DNA from: the human T2T-CHM13v2.0 reference genome, Homo sapiens
Assembly (NCBI RefSeq): GCF_009914755.1
Contig: NC_060925.1
Reading direction: 5' to 3' (one strand)
Length of the DNA: 64,000 bases
Shown here in pieces: positions 29,681 to 44,100 of the stretch. The position numbers were made by a program, and so were the translations under genes. A model generated the notes under the pieces. The model searched no databases. It was not told where the DNA came from and worked only from the letters and a program-made list of their open reading frames with translations. Numbering within the stretch: the stretch's first letter is position 1; every line of letters begins with the position of its first letter.

Positions 29681-30824
29681 CACATTGTTCAGGCCCACCT
29701 AAAAACCAGGTCCTGGGTTTTTTTTCCATGCCACTTTGGTGGTCTATCTCTCTGGTTGTTAAGTGATCCATCCTTTTTGTTTATTTGGTTATTTCTTTGC
29801 TTTTGTTATGGTATGGTGGTATTGGGCCATTATAAAGGAAAATGTCAACATGCTGTTCAGCTAAACTTAGAGTCACTTGCAGGTAGCTGTTGATGAAGGG
29901 GCCTCTTCCAACAGCTGCTGGAAGATCAGCTACTCAGCAATTCTGCAGGCCTTGTCTGGGTTTTCTCTCAACTTCCAGGTGTTGCCATGTGAATGGCATT
30001 TCGTGATTCTTGTGTTGACCACCTTCTTTTCTTTATTTTGCCCCTGCCTAGACTTCATATTTCTGTCTTCCTGAGGTTACACACCACACCTATCTCCTTA
30101 TGCTTTCCCATCTAGAGGTTGAAGGGCACATGGAAGCACTCCTTAACCTCTTACCCTCTTCAGTCTATAGAGGTGATATAATCCAATCTGATCCACTTAC
30201 CCCTTTTTGGTTTTTATTTTTGAAGTTTAGTTAGAAGATAAAGCAACAAACAACAATTACAGTAACAACCTTCTTTCAATTTTTTTCTCTTTATAATCTT
30301 AATATAATAATCCAAATTCTCTCTGACACAGTGTATTATTTCAGAATAATCAATTTTACTTGTGCCCATTCTACCTGGTTGTGATTATAAATTTTACTTA
30401 TAGACATCTTCTATTCATCTATACTTCCCACTAGAACATAATCCACCTGAGGGCAGTGACTGTCTCTTGGACATTTTTGCTTTATTAGTTTTTTACCACA
30501 GTCATAGCACCTGAAACTGTTGATTGAATAAAGAATCCGAAAAATACTATAAGTGACACATGGAATAAGAAGATGCCCAACTCTGTTTAAATTCATTTTG
30601 TTTGCTTATGTATTATTTATTGTAACAATATGTAAGAAAGGTAAGTTTGCTAACATCAACATAGCTTTTTATGTTAACACAATAATTTTAATATAATTTT
30701 TCTCTTTCAATTGAAAAATTCAGTTATAAAAGTTCTCAGACTCAGTATTGAATGTTTACATTACAAAGTCCAGTAATATGCACATGGACTTATGCGCTAG
30801 AGCTAAGGGGAGTTATGTGCTAGG

Positions 30825-30975
30825 ATAGCATTTCTTTAGCATGCATATGAATCACCTAGGGATCTTGTTAAAGAACAGATTCCCATTCAGTGGGCCTGAG
30901 ATTCTGCATCCCTAAGCAGCTTCCAGATTATGCTCATCCTTCTAATTTAGGAATCATATCTTGAAGAGCAAGGTT
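30825..30975. mobile_element. MER5A
   Basis: gaatcacctagggatcttgttaaagaacagattccc and gggcctgagattctgcat. Confidence 0.75.
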
Positions 30976-32394
30976 CCAGATTTTTAAAATCCCTTATGAA
31001 ATATAAAAACAAAGCAAAGAGATTACAAATTCTATATCATGATATGAGAATAGAGAAAAGAAACAGTAAAAACAGAAACTAAAATGACAAGTAAATAACA
31101 TTGTGAAGTTTCTAATAACACTTGCTGATACTATATGCAAATAATAATCATCACAGCATAAGAAACCCCTTTCTCTCTTAGTGACTGGTAATTGCAGGCT
31201 AACTTTATTCATTGGTGGTGTTGAAATAACTGATGACTGTTTTTTGAAAAAATTTCTTTAGGTGTCATAGTAAAATTTAGACAACTTAATTATTTCCTAA
31301 CCTAGTTGTTAATGAGACATACATTTAATTGTTATAGGAATTATATTTTACAAATGACAATGATAAAATTATAACGATGAAACATCTAGTCCTGAAGAAT
31401 TGGGTATTTGCTTAAATTATGAATCATTTACAGTTAAAGGACCATATGTAGATTTATTCTTAATTGCAGTAACAAGAAATGGTGATGTGTATAGGTTTAC
31501 AAAACAGGATTTAAATTTTATTTCTAGATAAAAAAATCACCATAGATTAGTTCCTATTAAGAAAACTTAGTATATCCAAAATCAGGCACAAATAATTATT
31601 AGTTAATGTTGTTAAAGTACTTTGCAAATAACAAATAATTTTTATCATGCTGTCATGAATTTTATATGTATTACTCAGTGGTGACAATTAGAATATGTTT
31701 GCTAGACAATAAAGTGGCATTTTGTTTTGTATTGGAGAACATCAATTGAAAAACATCTCAGTATTTTACTGCTAAAAATTTGAATTAATTTCATAGGAAT
31801 TAAGAAAACTTAATAAGCTTAAATGTCTCATAGAAATTGTTCAACAGATCATGGAAGCAAATGTCTCCTCTGATGTAAAAAGATAATTTCCAATAAAGTT
31901 TAATGAATTGAAGAAAAATTATACTATTTTCTCCAGCAAAGATGCTGCTAAATTTCTAGGCTTGCTTGCTACATGCCCTCAGCATTTTTTACCTCTGTTC
32001 CTTTTCACTAACTCCTCTCTCAACAAAGCAGCAGCAGGTTTACTAGATTATACACGTGTACTTGCCACTTGAGAGCATGTGCATACTCTCTCTCTCTCCC
32101 TCAAAGGTTATTATTATAGATCCAAATTAAATTTGGGTCAAGAAATGCATGGCTTTAAAAGATTTGTATCTGTTGCTTCAAATTCCAAAAATTAATATTT
32201 TTGTCTAAGTAGTTTTATCAGTGGTAACTTTGGGGGCTAATTTTTTGTGTTTATTGATTTTTCTTTTTTCCCTTTTTTTCAATTTTATTTTTTTAACTAC
32301 AGCATTCAGGTCCACAATATCCACTTCCAGACTTCACTCAGCTGAAGGACTTATCTCATTCAGAATAGATTTAGAGACTTGAGTTTGAAGAATA

Positions 32395-32447
32395 ATTATA
32401 TATATATATATATAAAATTATATATAAATATATATATATATATATAT
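32395..32447. repeat. (TA)n microsatellite
   Basis: Directly visible. Confidence 0.9.
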
Positions 32448-32883
32448 TCAGATAAACTTTGGCATGGGAGATGTCCTAAGGACAGGCACATTAACAACAA
32501 GAAGAGAACGCTGTAACACATGACAAAGGCAGAGAGAAAAAGAAATAAGTGTAAAAATAATTGTAAAAAATTTCAAGAAAGCATAACTCCAAATATCAAC
32601 AGACCTGAAAAACACCTCAGTGACAACAATTGTAAATAATGACCATGAGTCAAAAAGGCAGATAAAATTAACCTCAGTACACTCCGATTAGGAAGACAGC
32701 GTGGAAATAAAAACATGCTTTTGATTATTTCAGGTGTTAAGTATATGTTCTCATCTGGAACAAAGTATCTCCTAGCAAAGTCAGAGTATTGAAATGCCTA
32801 TAGCTCTACAAGCCACAGCCCTTGATGTGCCCACATTCTACTGAGACATGTTAAAAATAATGGTGTGATACGTGAAACTATAA

Positions 32884-33362
<479 letters not shown>

Positions 33363-34174
33363 ATATGGTGGTTTTAATAAAGCTTTATATAAATATCCTT
33401 CATTGATTTTCTTTCTGCATTGAGTCAATTATCCATCACCCCATGGGGAATTAGGACTATTATAGCAGAAAGAAGTGAAAGGAGATTATCTCATAAATGA
33501 TAGTTCAGATATGCATGCCTCCATCCAACTAGTCACCTATCCATTCATCCATCCATTTATTCATCCATTTATCATTATGTGCCCTCTTTGAAAGGAATAT
33601 TATCACACCCAGGTGTATTCAGTTGGTGTTGTTTAGATGGGGAGCTGAGATAAAAAGCTGACAAGGTGCATTGCTGGAAAATGCTAACATGCCCAAGATG
33701 ATGGATCAATGTTTGGAGGTAACAGGTGAAGAGCTATACACTCGATACAAAGAGATGGCCAGATTTCATCTGAACCCATACCATTGTCCTTCTCTACATG
33801 ATAGCCAAACCAGTATCTGTAGATTGTCAGTCATGGGATCTGAGAAACTTTATGACTATTCTGCCATCATGAAAGTTCTTCCTGTGAAATCTATTTTTCA
33901 TTCCTCAGATTTTTTTTCCCATTGTATTCAAGGCTTTGCCAAATCCCAGTTGAAAAACTCCCATTTTAAGAGGTCCATACCACTCACTAACCCCTACTAA
34001 ACTAGAAAATGATGCTCCTATCACTCTAGAAGCACAGGTGGCAGTCTAAATAAGAAAGAATCCAGCATCTGTATTTGAACCGATTCAAAAATTTCTCCTC
34101 AGCCTGAGAGCATAGAAAATCAAAACTGTATTTAATAAATAGCTTATAGTTATTCTTTTTTTGCAATATTGTTT

Positions 34175-34451
34175 CAATTTTTAAAAAAATTTTTCATAGG
34201 TTATTGGGGTACAGGTGGTGTTTGGTTACATGAGTAAGTTCTTTAGTGGTGATTTGTGAGATTTTGGGACACCTATCACCCAAGCAGTATACACTACACC
34301 CTATTTGTAGTCTTTTATCCCTCGCCCTCCTCCCCATTTCCCCCCACGTCCCCAAAGTCCACTGTATCATTCTTATGCCTTTGTGTCCTCACAGGTTAGC
34401 TCCCGCATATCAGTGATAACATACAATGTTTGGTTTTCCATTCCTGAGTTA
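34175..34451 (-). mobile_element. L1PB1-type 3' end
   Basis: cataggttattggggtacaggtggtgtttggttacatgagtaagttctttagtggtgatttgtgag. Confidence 0.88.
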
Positions 34452-34716
34452 TAAAACTTAGAAATATCAGCAAGACCTCAGTGTTCTCCGCCTCTGTCTC
34501 TTAGTGGATGCTCCTCTGGGCTCCCACAGCAGTTCATGTATGCTCTTATTAAAAATTAGAATTGATCACATTGTAAAATAACTGTTGATTTATGTACCTG
34601 AATTTCTCCCAAATTATAAAATCTCCTCAGAAAAGACTGTATCTCACTTGACCTTGGATTCTTAACACCTAGCCTCGTACTGGGCATAAAGTGGGCTTTA
34701 AAAACATGATTATCTA

Positions 34717-35130
34717 ACATTGCATGTTCTCACTTATTTGTGGAATCTAAAAATTAAAATGATTGAACTCATAGGCACAGAGTAGGAGGATGGTTACCAG
34801 AGGCTGGGAAGGGTAGTAGGGGGCTGGAGAGGAGGTGGGAATGGTTAATGGGTACAAAAAACCCAGAAAGAATGAATCAGACATACTATCTGATGGCACA
34901 ACAGAGTGACTACAGTCAATAATAACTTAATTGTACATTGTAAAATAACTAAAAGGGTGTAATTGGATTATTCATAACACAAAGGATAAATTCCTGTGGG
35001 AATGGATAACCCATTCTCCATGATGTGATTATCTCACATTGCATGCCTGTATCTAAGCATCTCATCTACCCCACAGATATATACACCTACTATGTACCCA
35101 CAGAAATTAAAAATTAAAACATTAACAAAA
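34717..35130 (+). mobile_element. L1MA2/3-type 3' end inserted in an L2 terminus
   Basis: gcatgttctcacttatttgtggaatc through tactatgtacccacagaaattaaaaa. TSD taaaaacatgatt at 34699-34711 and 35131-35143. Confidence 0.9.
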
Positions 35131-36635
35131 TAAAAACATGATTGTAAAATAACTAAGGAATGTGGTGAGAATAACATGTGTGAAGGAAGGATGGGGTGAA
35201 GCAGCAGGTGCCACAGAGCAGCAGTAGTGGGCGTTTGCTGGAAATGACACTGCTGGGAAATAATGTCAGAGAAAAAGATTACAGGCCAAGGCACAAAAAG
35301 CCTTTGGAATTACAGTTAGGAGGTTGGGCATTTTCAAGGAAAGAATCATAAAGTGTTTTTAAGCCAAAAGTGACATAAATATGTTGACATTTTAGAAAGC
35401 TAACTAGCAGCACTGCAGATGATGGGTTCACATGGGATGAGGCTTAAGGATAAGAAAGATCAAAGGCTGTGTTAAAGTAATGACAATGAAAATAGATAAA
35501 AGGTGATGATGTCATAGCTCTTTTAAAAATGGAATTGACAGCATTGCTGTGGTGAGTTGTTCCTAGACCCATCTATAGGCTTGGAATCTCAGTAGACCAG
35601 ATGATGCAATAGGAAAAATATCACAGAAGGATGTCACTGGGATGCAGAATACAATTATTTATATGGTAATATGGCAAACCCTTGAGTGCTGTCATGGTCT
35701 CTCCACTGGCCAAATACCATGAAATGTAGATAATCCTCCAATCTGGGCTTTTCTAATTGGTGGATTTTTAAAAAAAATTTATTCCGTGGGGCCTGCATTT
35801 ACCATCTTTTGCACAAATCCAGGAGGAATTAAGAAGGCTATCAGGCAGTTGTGTCTATGTACTTGAGTCCTTAAACTTGTCTATAACATTTGCACTTTTC
35901 ATTGCCTGTTTAAATGATAAAGTGAAAGAGTGTAAACTTAAACTTGGTCTTAGTGGACTGTCTCTCCAATACTTGTGGACTGATTGGCCAATGTCACCTG
36001 TAAGTAATTACACAGAGGTTGTGAGGAAGACAGAAGAATTGGTAACAACACACATGTTCCTAATATAGATGACTTGTAGCTCCATTAATTAGAATGAAAC
36101 AGGAATGTAGAAAAAGGGACAGATTATGGAGGAGCTTATTAGTTCCGTTTTTGATATATTAACATTGAAGGATTTTGGAATATCCAGAAGGAGATCTCCA
36201 GTTTAAAACTCTGATAGTCAATGATAAAAGTTGCACTCTGGACAGTTCCATTTGTTTTCTTGAGGGGGCTTATCGGAATCATAAATGTTATTTAAATTCC
36301 TTAATCCTTCTCAACGTGCTTTCTGTCTTATTATATCTCTGCCCCTTTTTCAACTGGAGATTAAAATTAAGCTGTGTAACATATTCTCATCACCCTTTTG
36401 ATAAGCCTACAAATTTGCAGACTGAAACTTTCTCCATGGAAGCTTAAGAAACAGTGACAGTAGCAATTGAGAATGCAGCATTTGAAGAAACAACTGAAGA
36501 AAAACTTGAGGTTATAATTGTAAAATAGCCACTAGTGTCTTTGCTTTGAAGACTGTTTATACCATGTTGTCTCTAATGATGTGTGGGATGAAGAATTTCT
36601 AACAAAAGTTGCTGCATAAGCATCTTTCTTTCCAG

Positions 36636-36850
36636 ATCTAAAGAAAAGCTGCAATTCCTACCTGAAACCTGCTGTTATAGGTTTGTTGCTGAGGAAGAGA
36701 TCTAAGTCTTTAAATGCTGGGATATATAAAGACATGTGATTGTCTTTCTTTTTTGTTTAGACCTTGGCTCTCATGCCTCACCAGAAGATAATGGGAAACT
36801 AATGCAGCTGAACAAAGATGATTTTCATCAAAGGCCAGTCAGAGCCCATG
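36636..36850 (+). other. Candidate exon pair (36636-36680 and 36761-36850) separated by an 80-nt intron
   Basis: Acceptor catctttctttccAG, donor TAG|GTttgt, acceptor tgtctttcttttttgtttAG. The 45-nt and 90-nt exons are both open in phase 1: DLKKSCNSYLKPAVI-DLGSHASPEDNGKLMQLNKDDFHQRPVRAH. Gene not recognised. Confidence 0.3.
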
Positions 36851-37475
36851 GTAGTAATAGAACTTCATAAATTGCCTGCAGCAGAGACTAAAGCAACCTA
36901 CACACAGGCAAAGAACCAGAGTTTCTGATGTTTGTCTGGGACTGCAGAGTATGAGTTGGTTTCCATAGTGTTAGATTGTCTCTCTGTAGGCGACTTAACT
37001 CTCTGATGCCTCTAATAAAAATTATTCTCTCTTTTTCTCTAAAACAAATGGATATAGTCAACTATAGGTTTGCCATTGCATCTAAAATTAGGAAAATTAG
37101 ACCCTTTGGTTGGGTACTAAGAAAAATAGATAATGGCTGATTTCATCTAGCTCCAAAAAGGCATGAAGGGCAAGAGTTACATATTCAATGGGCAAAGCAT
37201 TTTTCTCCCTTAATGATTTGTTTTTGATGGGCAGATGTCTTCGTAAAAGACTCAGAAATAATTTAACCTGGAGCTAAGAAGTCACTCGGAGACCGCGAAG
37301 CTCCACCAATATTTTTAAACATTTGTTAAACTTCACTAATATGCTGGAGAGCAATAAAAAAATTCCTGTTAGCAAACACTGGAGTAAAAAAATGTCTCAG
37401 GTATTCAAAGAAGGGGATATATAATACCTATTTAAAAATTCCTAGCACTTATCACAGCATCTGCCATGTAGTAGC

Positions 37476-37586
37476 TAGGGTGATCACCTGTTTCTGGTCG
37501 CCCAACACTTTCTTGGTTTAGGCACAGAAGTCCCACATTTGGAGAACTGCCTCAGTCCTGAGAAAATTGGGATGGTTGGTCACCAC
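37476..37586. mobile_element. hAT-Blackjack MITE (MER81/MER94-type)
   Basis: tagggtgatca through gggatggttggtcacc. Confidence 0.7.
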
Positions 37587-38129
37587 ACCACAGAGTGTTT
37601 TTGCTGTAAGGATAAACAAAAGGAGAATCATGCTCATTAATTTCATACACTCCTTCTTTAGATGCCATAGGATAAGTGCATTCTGTCAATGAATTTATCA
37701 CATAAAAAGTTACATTTGAATCACAAGCCTCTTTTATGTGATCATTTTTACTATGTGAGCAGACCAATTGGGGGGGGGGGTGGTCAGAGGTTGATTGGTG
37801 AAAGTGGAAGCAGAACAAGGGTCATTGGAAGAATTTAGTGTTAATGACATTAAGCTAAAATAGTCTGACACATGCAGTTCACCACCCCAGCAGTGAGGCT
37901 GGGAATCCTTGAAGTCCTTGTCAAAAGCTTCTCTCATAAGGCAGAGAGCACTGGCAAATTATGTGTCAGAGACTTTATGCCTTCATGTTGCTGTTCCTTA
38001 TCTCTCTTCTCCCTTTGTTTTCTCTTCATATATGTGAATTTATTAAATCTGTGCTTGTCTTAGTATGGAAGCTATATTGTATTTTTAAGGTTTTCACATA
38101 TCTTTTCTTTATAGATCTTCTTCCAGTGA

Positions 38130-39030
38130 TTCACTCATCTCTTCACTTAATTATTTGTTCATCAAATACTTATCAAGCTTCTACCCTGTGCAAGGCATTA
38201 CCTAGGTATTGGGATACCGCAATACACAAAATAGATAAATATTTGTATTTGAAAGGAACTTTCTAACATAAAGAAACAGATAATAAAATAAGTAAAATAT
38301 ATAGTAGGATAAACGGGAAGTGCTATGGAGGCAAATAAAGAAAATGAATGAAGTGTTGGAGAGAAGGGGTCAAGAGGGGTTAGTGAAGCCATTTTAAATA
38401 GGGTCCTTAGGGGAGCCCATACTGAGAAGGTGGCATTGGAATCAAGGTCTACAGGAAGTGAGGGAACATAGCAAGAGTCTAAAAGGAGTAAAGTGCTCCA
38501 AGCCAAGGGAACGGCAGGTGCAATGTTCTGAGACAAGACCTGGCCTTTTGAGTTCCATGAATAGCAAAGTGGCCATTATGGCCAGAATAGAGTGAGCAAG
38601 GAGAGGAGTAGCAGAAGATGAGATGGGAACTGACAAGACGGCGGCATAAGCAAAATATGAAGGGTATGAAGTCCTACTGGCTGCTTCAGTCATTCAAAAG
38701 ACATTGGCCTCTTTTGTGAGTGACTTTGGAGGGGATGAGAAGAGGAACATATGAGCTAACATACCTTTTAACAGTATCCTCTGGGTGCTGTGTTGACAAT
38801 AAGCTGAAGAGACAGTAGGCAAAGGCAGGATAACCAGTCAGGAGGCTGTTGCAACAGTCTGGGCAAGATAAATGCATTTCTTTGAAAAAGGATCTAGGCA
38901 ATAGAGGTGGTGATGGATTTTGATGGTAGTGATGTAGGATTTGCTATGGGATTGGAGGTAAAATACAGGCAAACAGGAAATAATGAGGTCAAAGTCCTTG
39001 GCCTGAGCAACTAAAAAAGTAGACATTTTC
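38130..39030 (-). mobile_element. L2a 3' fragment
   Basis: ttcatcaaatacttatcaagc, actgagaaggtggcattgg and caggaggctgttgcaacagtctgggcaagat motifs. Confidence 0.8.
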
Positions 39031-39816
39031 TTTCTTAACCATATCAACCCTAAATGCAACTGTGCCCCATAACGGTAATTTATCGTCATCTGATTCATTG
39101 TTTCCTGTTTCTTCATTGCAATGTTCAGTGGACAACACAAGTTTCCTCATTTCTAAATTCTTGGGAAGGGTGATCACATCAGTATAGACTCCAAGAACTT
39201 ACCAAGTAGCCAGGTATTTTGAGGTTAATTTCTGGATTAAAAAAGGGAAATTTTCACAGGTTTCTGGCCTTCACATGATAGGAAACTGTACTGACTACTA
39301 ACTTTACTTGCATATTATGCCCTGTAATATTAGACATATATTGCTTTTAAGCCTAGCCGACAGAATATTTTATTTTTCCAAGTTCAGCAATCAATCATTT
39401 TCTACTAGCTTTTAAATTTTATGTTTCCAAACACATCCTCAGGTTTGTCTTTGTGATTTGTTGATTGTGTGAAACTTCACCTCTAAAAATGTATGTTGAG
39501 ACAGCCAAAAGAAAACAAAAAACAAAAACCCACAAACAAACATTCTATAATCCACCTCAGAATGTATTCAAAGTTTAGGAACATTTGACAACATAATTAC
39601 CTCTAAGGAGGGTCTGGAGGTGTAGTTTTATTTCCCCTTGATTATTATTTATGTAAAATACCATATTGAATAAATGCCATGACAAATGACACAATGAAGA
39701 GGTACTAACCATCAGGAAGATAACTGACTGACTAATGCACTACAGAGCCTTGTGTAATAAAAATACTCCATCCCTGATGATTATAGTGAAGCTTTAACTC
39801 TTAAAAGCGCTATAAA

Positions 39817-40118
<302 letters not shown>

Positions 40119-40997
40119 CTATACAAACACTATATGTATTCTGTACATATTGTTTTTAAGGTTGTTGAAGTTGGTGAAGCCTTCTAGGAAATCAAAACTT
40201 ACGCTACAAACCTGAATTTTTTGTTTTATAGAAAACCAAAACCAATATTCAATAGACTTTTTGTAAACGTAAGCCACCACTTATAATGAAAGATACATTC
40301 AAACTCTTCAGAAAGTGAAGTCAAATTATGTATTTTTAAAGATGTGAAAGCATGTATTACAGTCTTGGAGAAATGAAATCATAAACAGATTCTATCTTTC
40401 TTAAAATAGTGGCTTAATATTTCTTAGGATGGCATTTTAAGTAGCAATAAAATAGGAGATGAAAGATCTCTAAACTATGAAGCACAGGACACAGAACTGC
40501 AAACCTCATTCACATAACTTATGCAAGGAAATTCTTACAATTTGTCTCTACTACATGAATTTGTTAATTTTTCTTACTTAACAAATTTGGCTGCTAGAAG
40601 TATCTGAAAATGGTCAATTAATCTATTTTAGGGCCTTTTTAGTAGGCAGTTCAGATACTCAGTGAAATCATTTGTGACATGGTCCTATTGTGATCCTGAA
40701 GACTAAATGGTCTTTTGTTTGCTTGTTTGCTTGTTTGTTTGTTTTGTATTCAGTGTGTTGTGAAACGAATTCAGTTATGGAACCCAGATTTAACAAGGAA
40801 GCATTCAGTTTATTTCAATTATTAATGATATGTATCTGTTGATGTCAACTAAACAGGCTGAGAAGTATAATCAGTTGCTATTTCACTGTTTGTTTTACCC
40901 GAGATCATTATTGTTTTAGCATCAAGGTGATATCTTAAATGCCATTTTTGGTGAGCACTTATCAATGAAATCCACATTATCTCTAGGCTCCAGAACG

Positions 40998-41180
40998 AGT
41001 CTTTTTAACCTTTAACGTGTCTTAGACCCCTTTGACAGTCTTGTAAAGTCTGTGGGCCCTTTATAAGAATAATGTTTTTAAATGTGTAGGATGAAAACCA
41101 TAAGACCACAAAGGAAATCAGACATTGAGATTCAGTTCTATCCACAGAGCCTTTGGGACCCCACATTGAAATCACTTACT
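40998..41180. mobile_element. MER103-type hAT MITE
   Basis: ttttaacc, gacccctttgacagtcttgtaaagtctgtgggccc and agaataatgtttttaaatg motifs. Confidence 0.65.
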
Positions 41181-44100
41181 TTAGCACAATATGCGGAAGA
41201 AATTGGAACCTGCCATTACATTTAAGGGGAAGAATTCACTAGAGGAAAAGTGTTTGCTTCTGTCTCTAGGTGTAACTTCCATGAGGAGAATAACCAATGC
41301 TGATATTAGTTTTGTGTAAATCCAGGGAGAGATGTTAGTGTTTCAGTGTACGCTTAGGGATGGGAAATGGTGAGGAAAATCAACAAAGACATAATTTTTT
41401 AAGGCAGAATGATTATTTTCACTCTTGAAGGCATAACATGTTGCCTCCTAAATTTTTGTTAATCTGTATCCACCCCCTTGGAAAGATTTTTTACAGTTTA
41501 ATGCCACATGAATTGGCCTTAAAAGTACTAAGACTGGGAAAAAGTAGTGGATGTTCCATCTTTCTATTTGACATATACTCAGCAATTAGTTTACTTTATA
41601 GATTGTATCAAGCTAATAGGAGAAAATGCTGAAAGGAAGATAATTTTTCTCTGTATTATGCAGTTGTTAAATTAGCTTAATCATCCGTACCTGAAGCAGC
41701 ATTGTTTCTGGAATTTTATAAAGTTTGAATTTATTCAACTGATAGATTTACCCTGATGGAATCAAATTATTTAATATTGCGCATTTAAGGCACCAAAATA
41801 AGGATGCATTTGGGAAAAATTTATCTAGCTTACTCCATACTTGTTGTCCCCCCTTCTCTGAAATTAGGCACCTGAATTTACTTTTTGGTTCATAATTTGG
41901 TTCTATCACTGCACCTTAGGTTTTTTTCCTTTCCCACCACCTTCTCACCTTAGTATGGATCTTTCATTCTCTTTTTATGAATTACCAGCATTAACAATTC
42001 TTTCAGAATTGACTCATCCTCTAATTAAACTGGATATCCCTTAATACTGACCTGCCAAGTTGTCCTTGATCATAATTTCTAATGAGTAAGAGATTATAAA
42101 AAAAATTTGCACGTGATAATCTAGGATGTAAGAACAGAAGTTGTAAATCAGGTTATATAACATGAACCTCACCAAAGTGAAAGTCCAAGCAAAATTTTAT
42201 TACTTAAAAACTTTTGACTTTTGGAAGATGGCTCTTAGGAAAATTCTTAAAGAGACTAAGTTCTCATTGATTTGCTCTCTGTGAAAAAACATTTCACAGG
42301 GGAAAATAAGTTTGGTTGTATGTCCTGAAGGCTAGATCCCTCATTCAGACCTTGTTGGCTTCTGTCTCTAGTTCATCTTGGCATATCACAATGCAAATGG
42401 GCAAAATAATGATGACAGATGGGCATAGGAACAACCATGCCAAGACTCCAGCCTGCACATTACATTTGAATAGCTAATAAGAAATTTTTGCTCAAGAACA
42501 TCCATGTGACAATGTTAGACAGTAGCCTGTATGTTTGAGTTGACCTAGCTCAGAGGAGTTAAAAAATATATTAAATTGTACAATTTGGACTGACATATAT
42601 AATAAATCTAAATTTTTCAGACAAATAATAGTGCCAGGATAATCTTAAATAATTAAAGGACATGTTAAATGATGCCATGAAGGCAGACATTTATTAACTT
42701 CTACTTGATGGAGATTTGCAAGATGTGCCCAAATGATTCTGAGGTTTAGATTAATGTTTTGTCAAGTAGATCAAAGAGAAGCAAATACAAGGCTGAATCA
42801 CACTGTGAGAAACAATGGAGAAGATCCTGTTTTATTTATTTATATTTTTGGTCTGGCTTGTCACTCAAAAGTTAAAAGAAATTTTTATAATGCACATACT
42901 CAGGGATCATGGCAGAAAATTTACATACCATTCACATAGAAAATGCAATTATGGAAGTTGTATTTCTCATTTTTAAGTGAACTTGCTGCTCCAGTGTAAT
43001 TAGTTTAACACACAAGATCCCAATAATCAGAAAATAGAATGTAAATGAAGATAGCTGAAAAACAGTGTTCTGGTAAAAAAGGAATGAATCAAAAGAATCA
43101 TAAAAAATTAACTTGCAAAAAATGTATGTCATGGCAATGGATAACTTAGCTGTAGGTAAAATGATTATTGTTTTGCCGAAGACTGAGAATTCTAACATTT
43201 GCTGTTCTTTTAACCATAAATGAATTTTTCTGCCTGCCTGACTTCGTAATCAGAATCTGCCAGAATGCTATTTACATGTACCATCATTTGCAAAAGCAGA
43301 AACACATTCAGGACATCAAAGCTGATAATACATGGAGTAAAGGCTCTTGCTGTTTACTGAAACTTGGTTATTTGATTGAAATACTGACTAAGATGAATTG
43401 TGCTACTCTGAAGTTAGGTTAGTCCATGCACAATTGGGCAAGTTTCAATTACCTCATCCTTGAAGCTTCCCTTGAATAGGACTAGTTATTAACACTGGCT
43501 GCACACTGAGATAAAACTACATTTTAAATCTTAAAATACTCACAGTATATAAAGTACCACTGTGGTTAGAGCTTTTCAGGTTTCCTACTGCTCAAGTTCA
43601 CTTTGTCAGCACCATGAAAAATCTAGTCTTTGTGAATTCCTGCTTATGGCATTAGGAAAATATAGGAGAAATGTTGGCTATTTACATGGGTAGTGCATAT
43701 TTAATATAGTCCCCATCATTATTATGCCCATGCATCCAAAATGCAAATGTCTTTTATGAGGATAAAGCAGGCCTTTATTTTTGTGCAAAAGACTCATTTC
43801 TTTCTAGAAGAAAAGGGAAAAAAAGAAAGCCTAAATGATCACGATGGGGATTTAGGGAAGTAATTGTAAGTAGAAGAACTACTTTTGAACTGCTTCTCTG
43901 ACTCAGAAAATTGATCATCTATCAGTTCAATAACAAGAATTCATTAGGGTTACTGTGAGTTAAAATGTGAAGTGAAATTACTATTCTTCATATGAGCAAT
44001 CTCTATTCTTTGTTTTCATTTGGTCAAAAATACAGGGAAGCAGATAATTAACCTGTCATGTAGAATAAAACTCTACAAAAATTAAATGAGATAAAAGTGC

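Noticed and set aside
35580-36060. Possible ancient LINE RT remnant (KKAIRQ..LSP-like)
   Set aside because: Too degenerate to support without a profile search.
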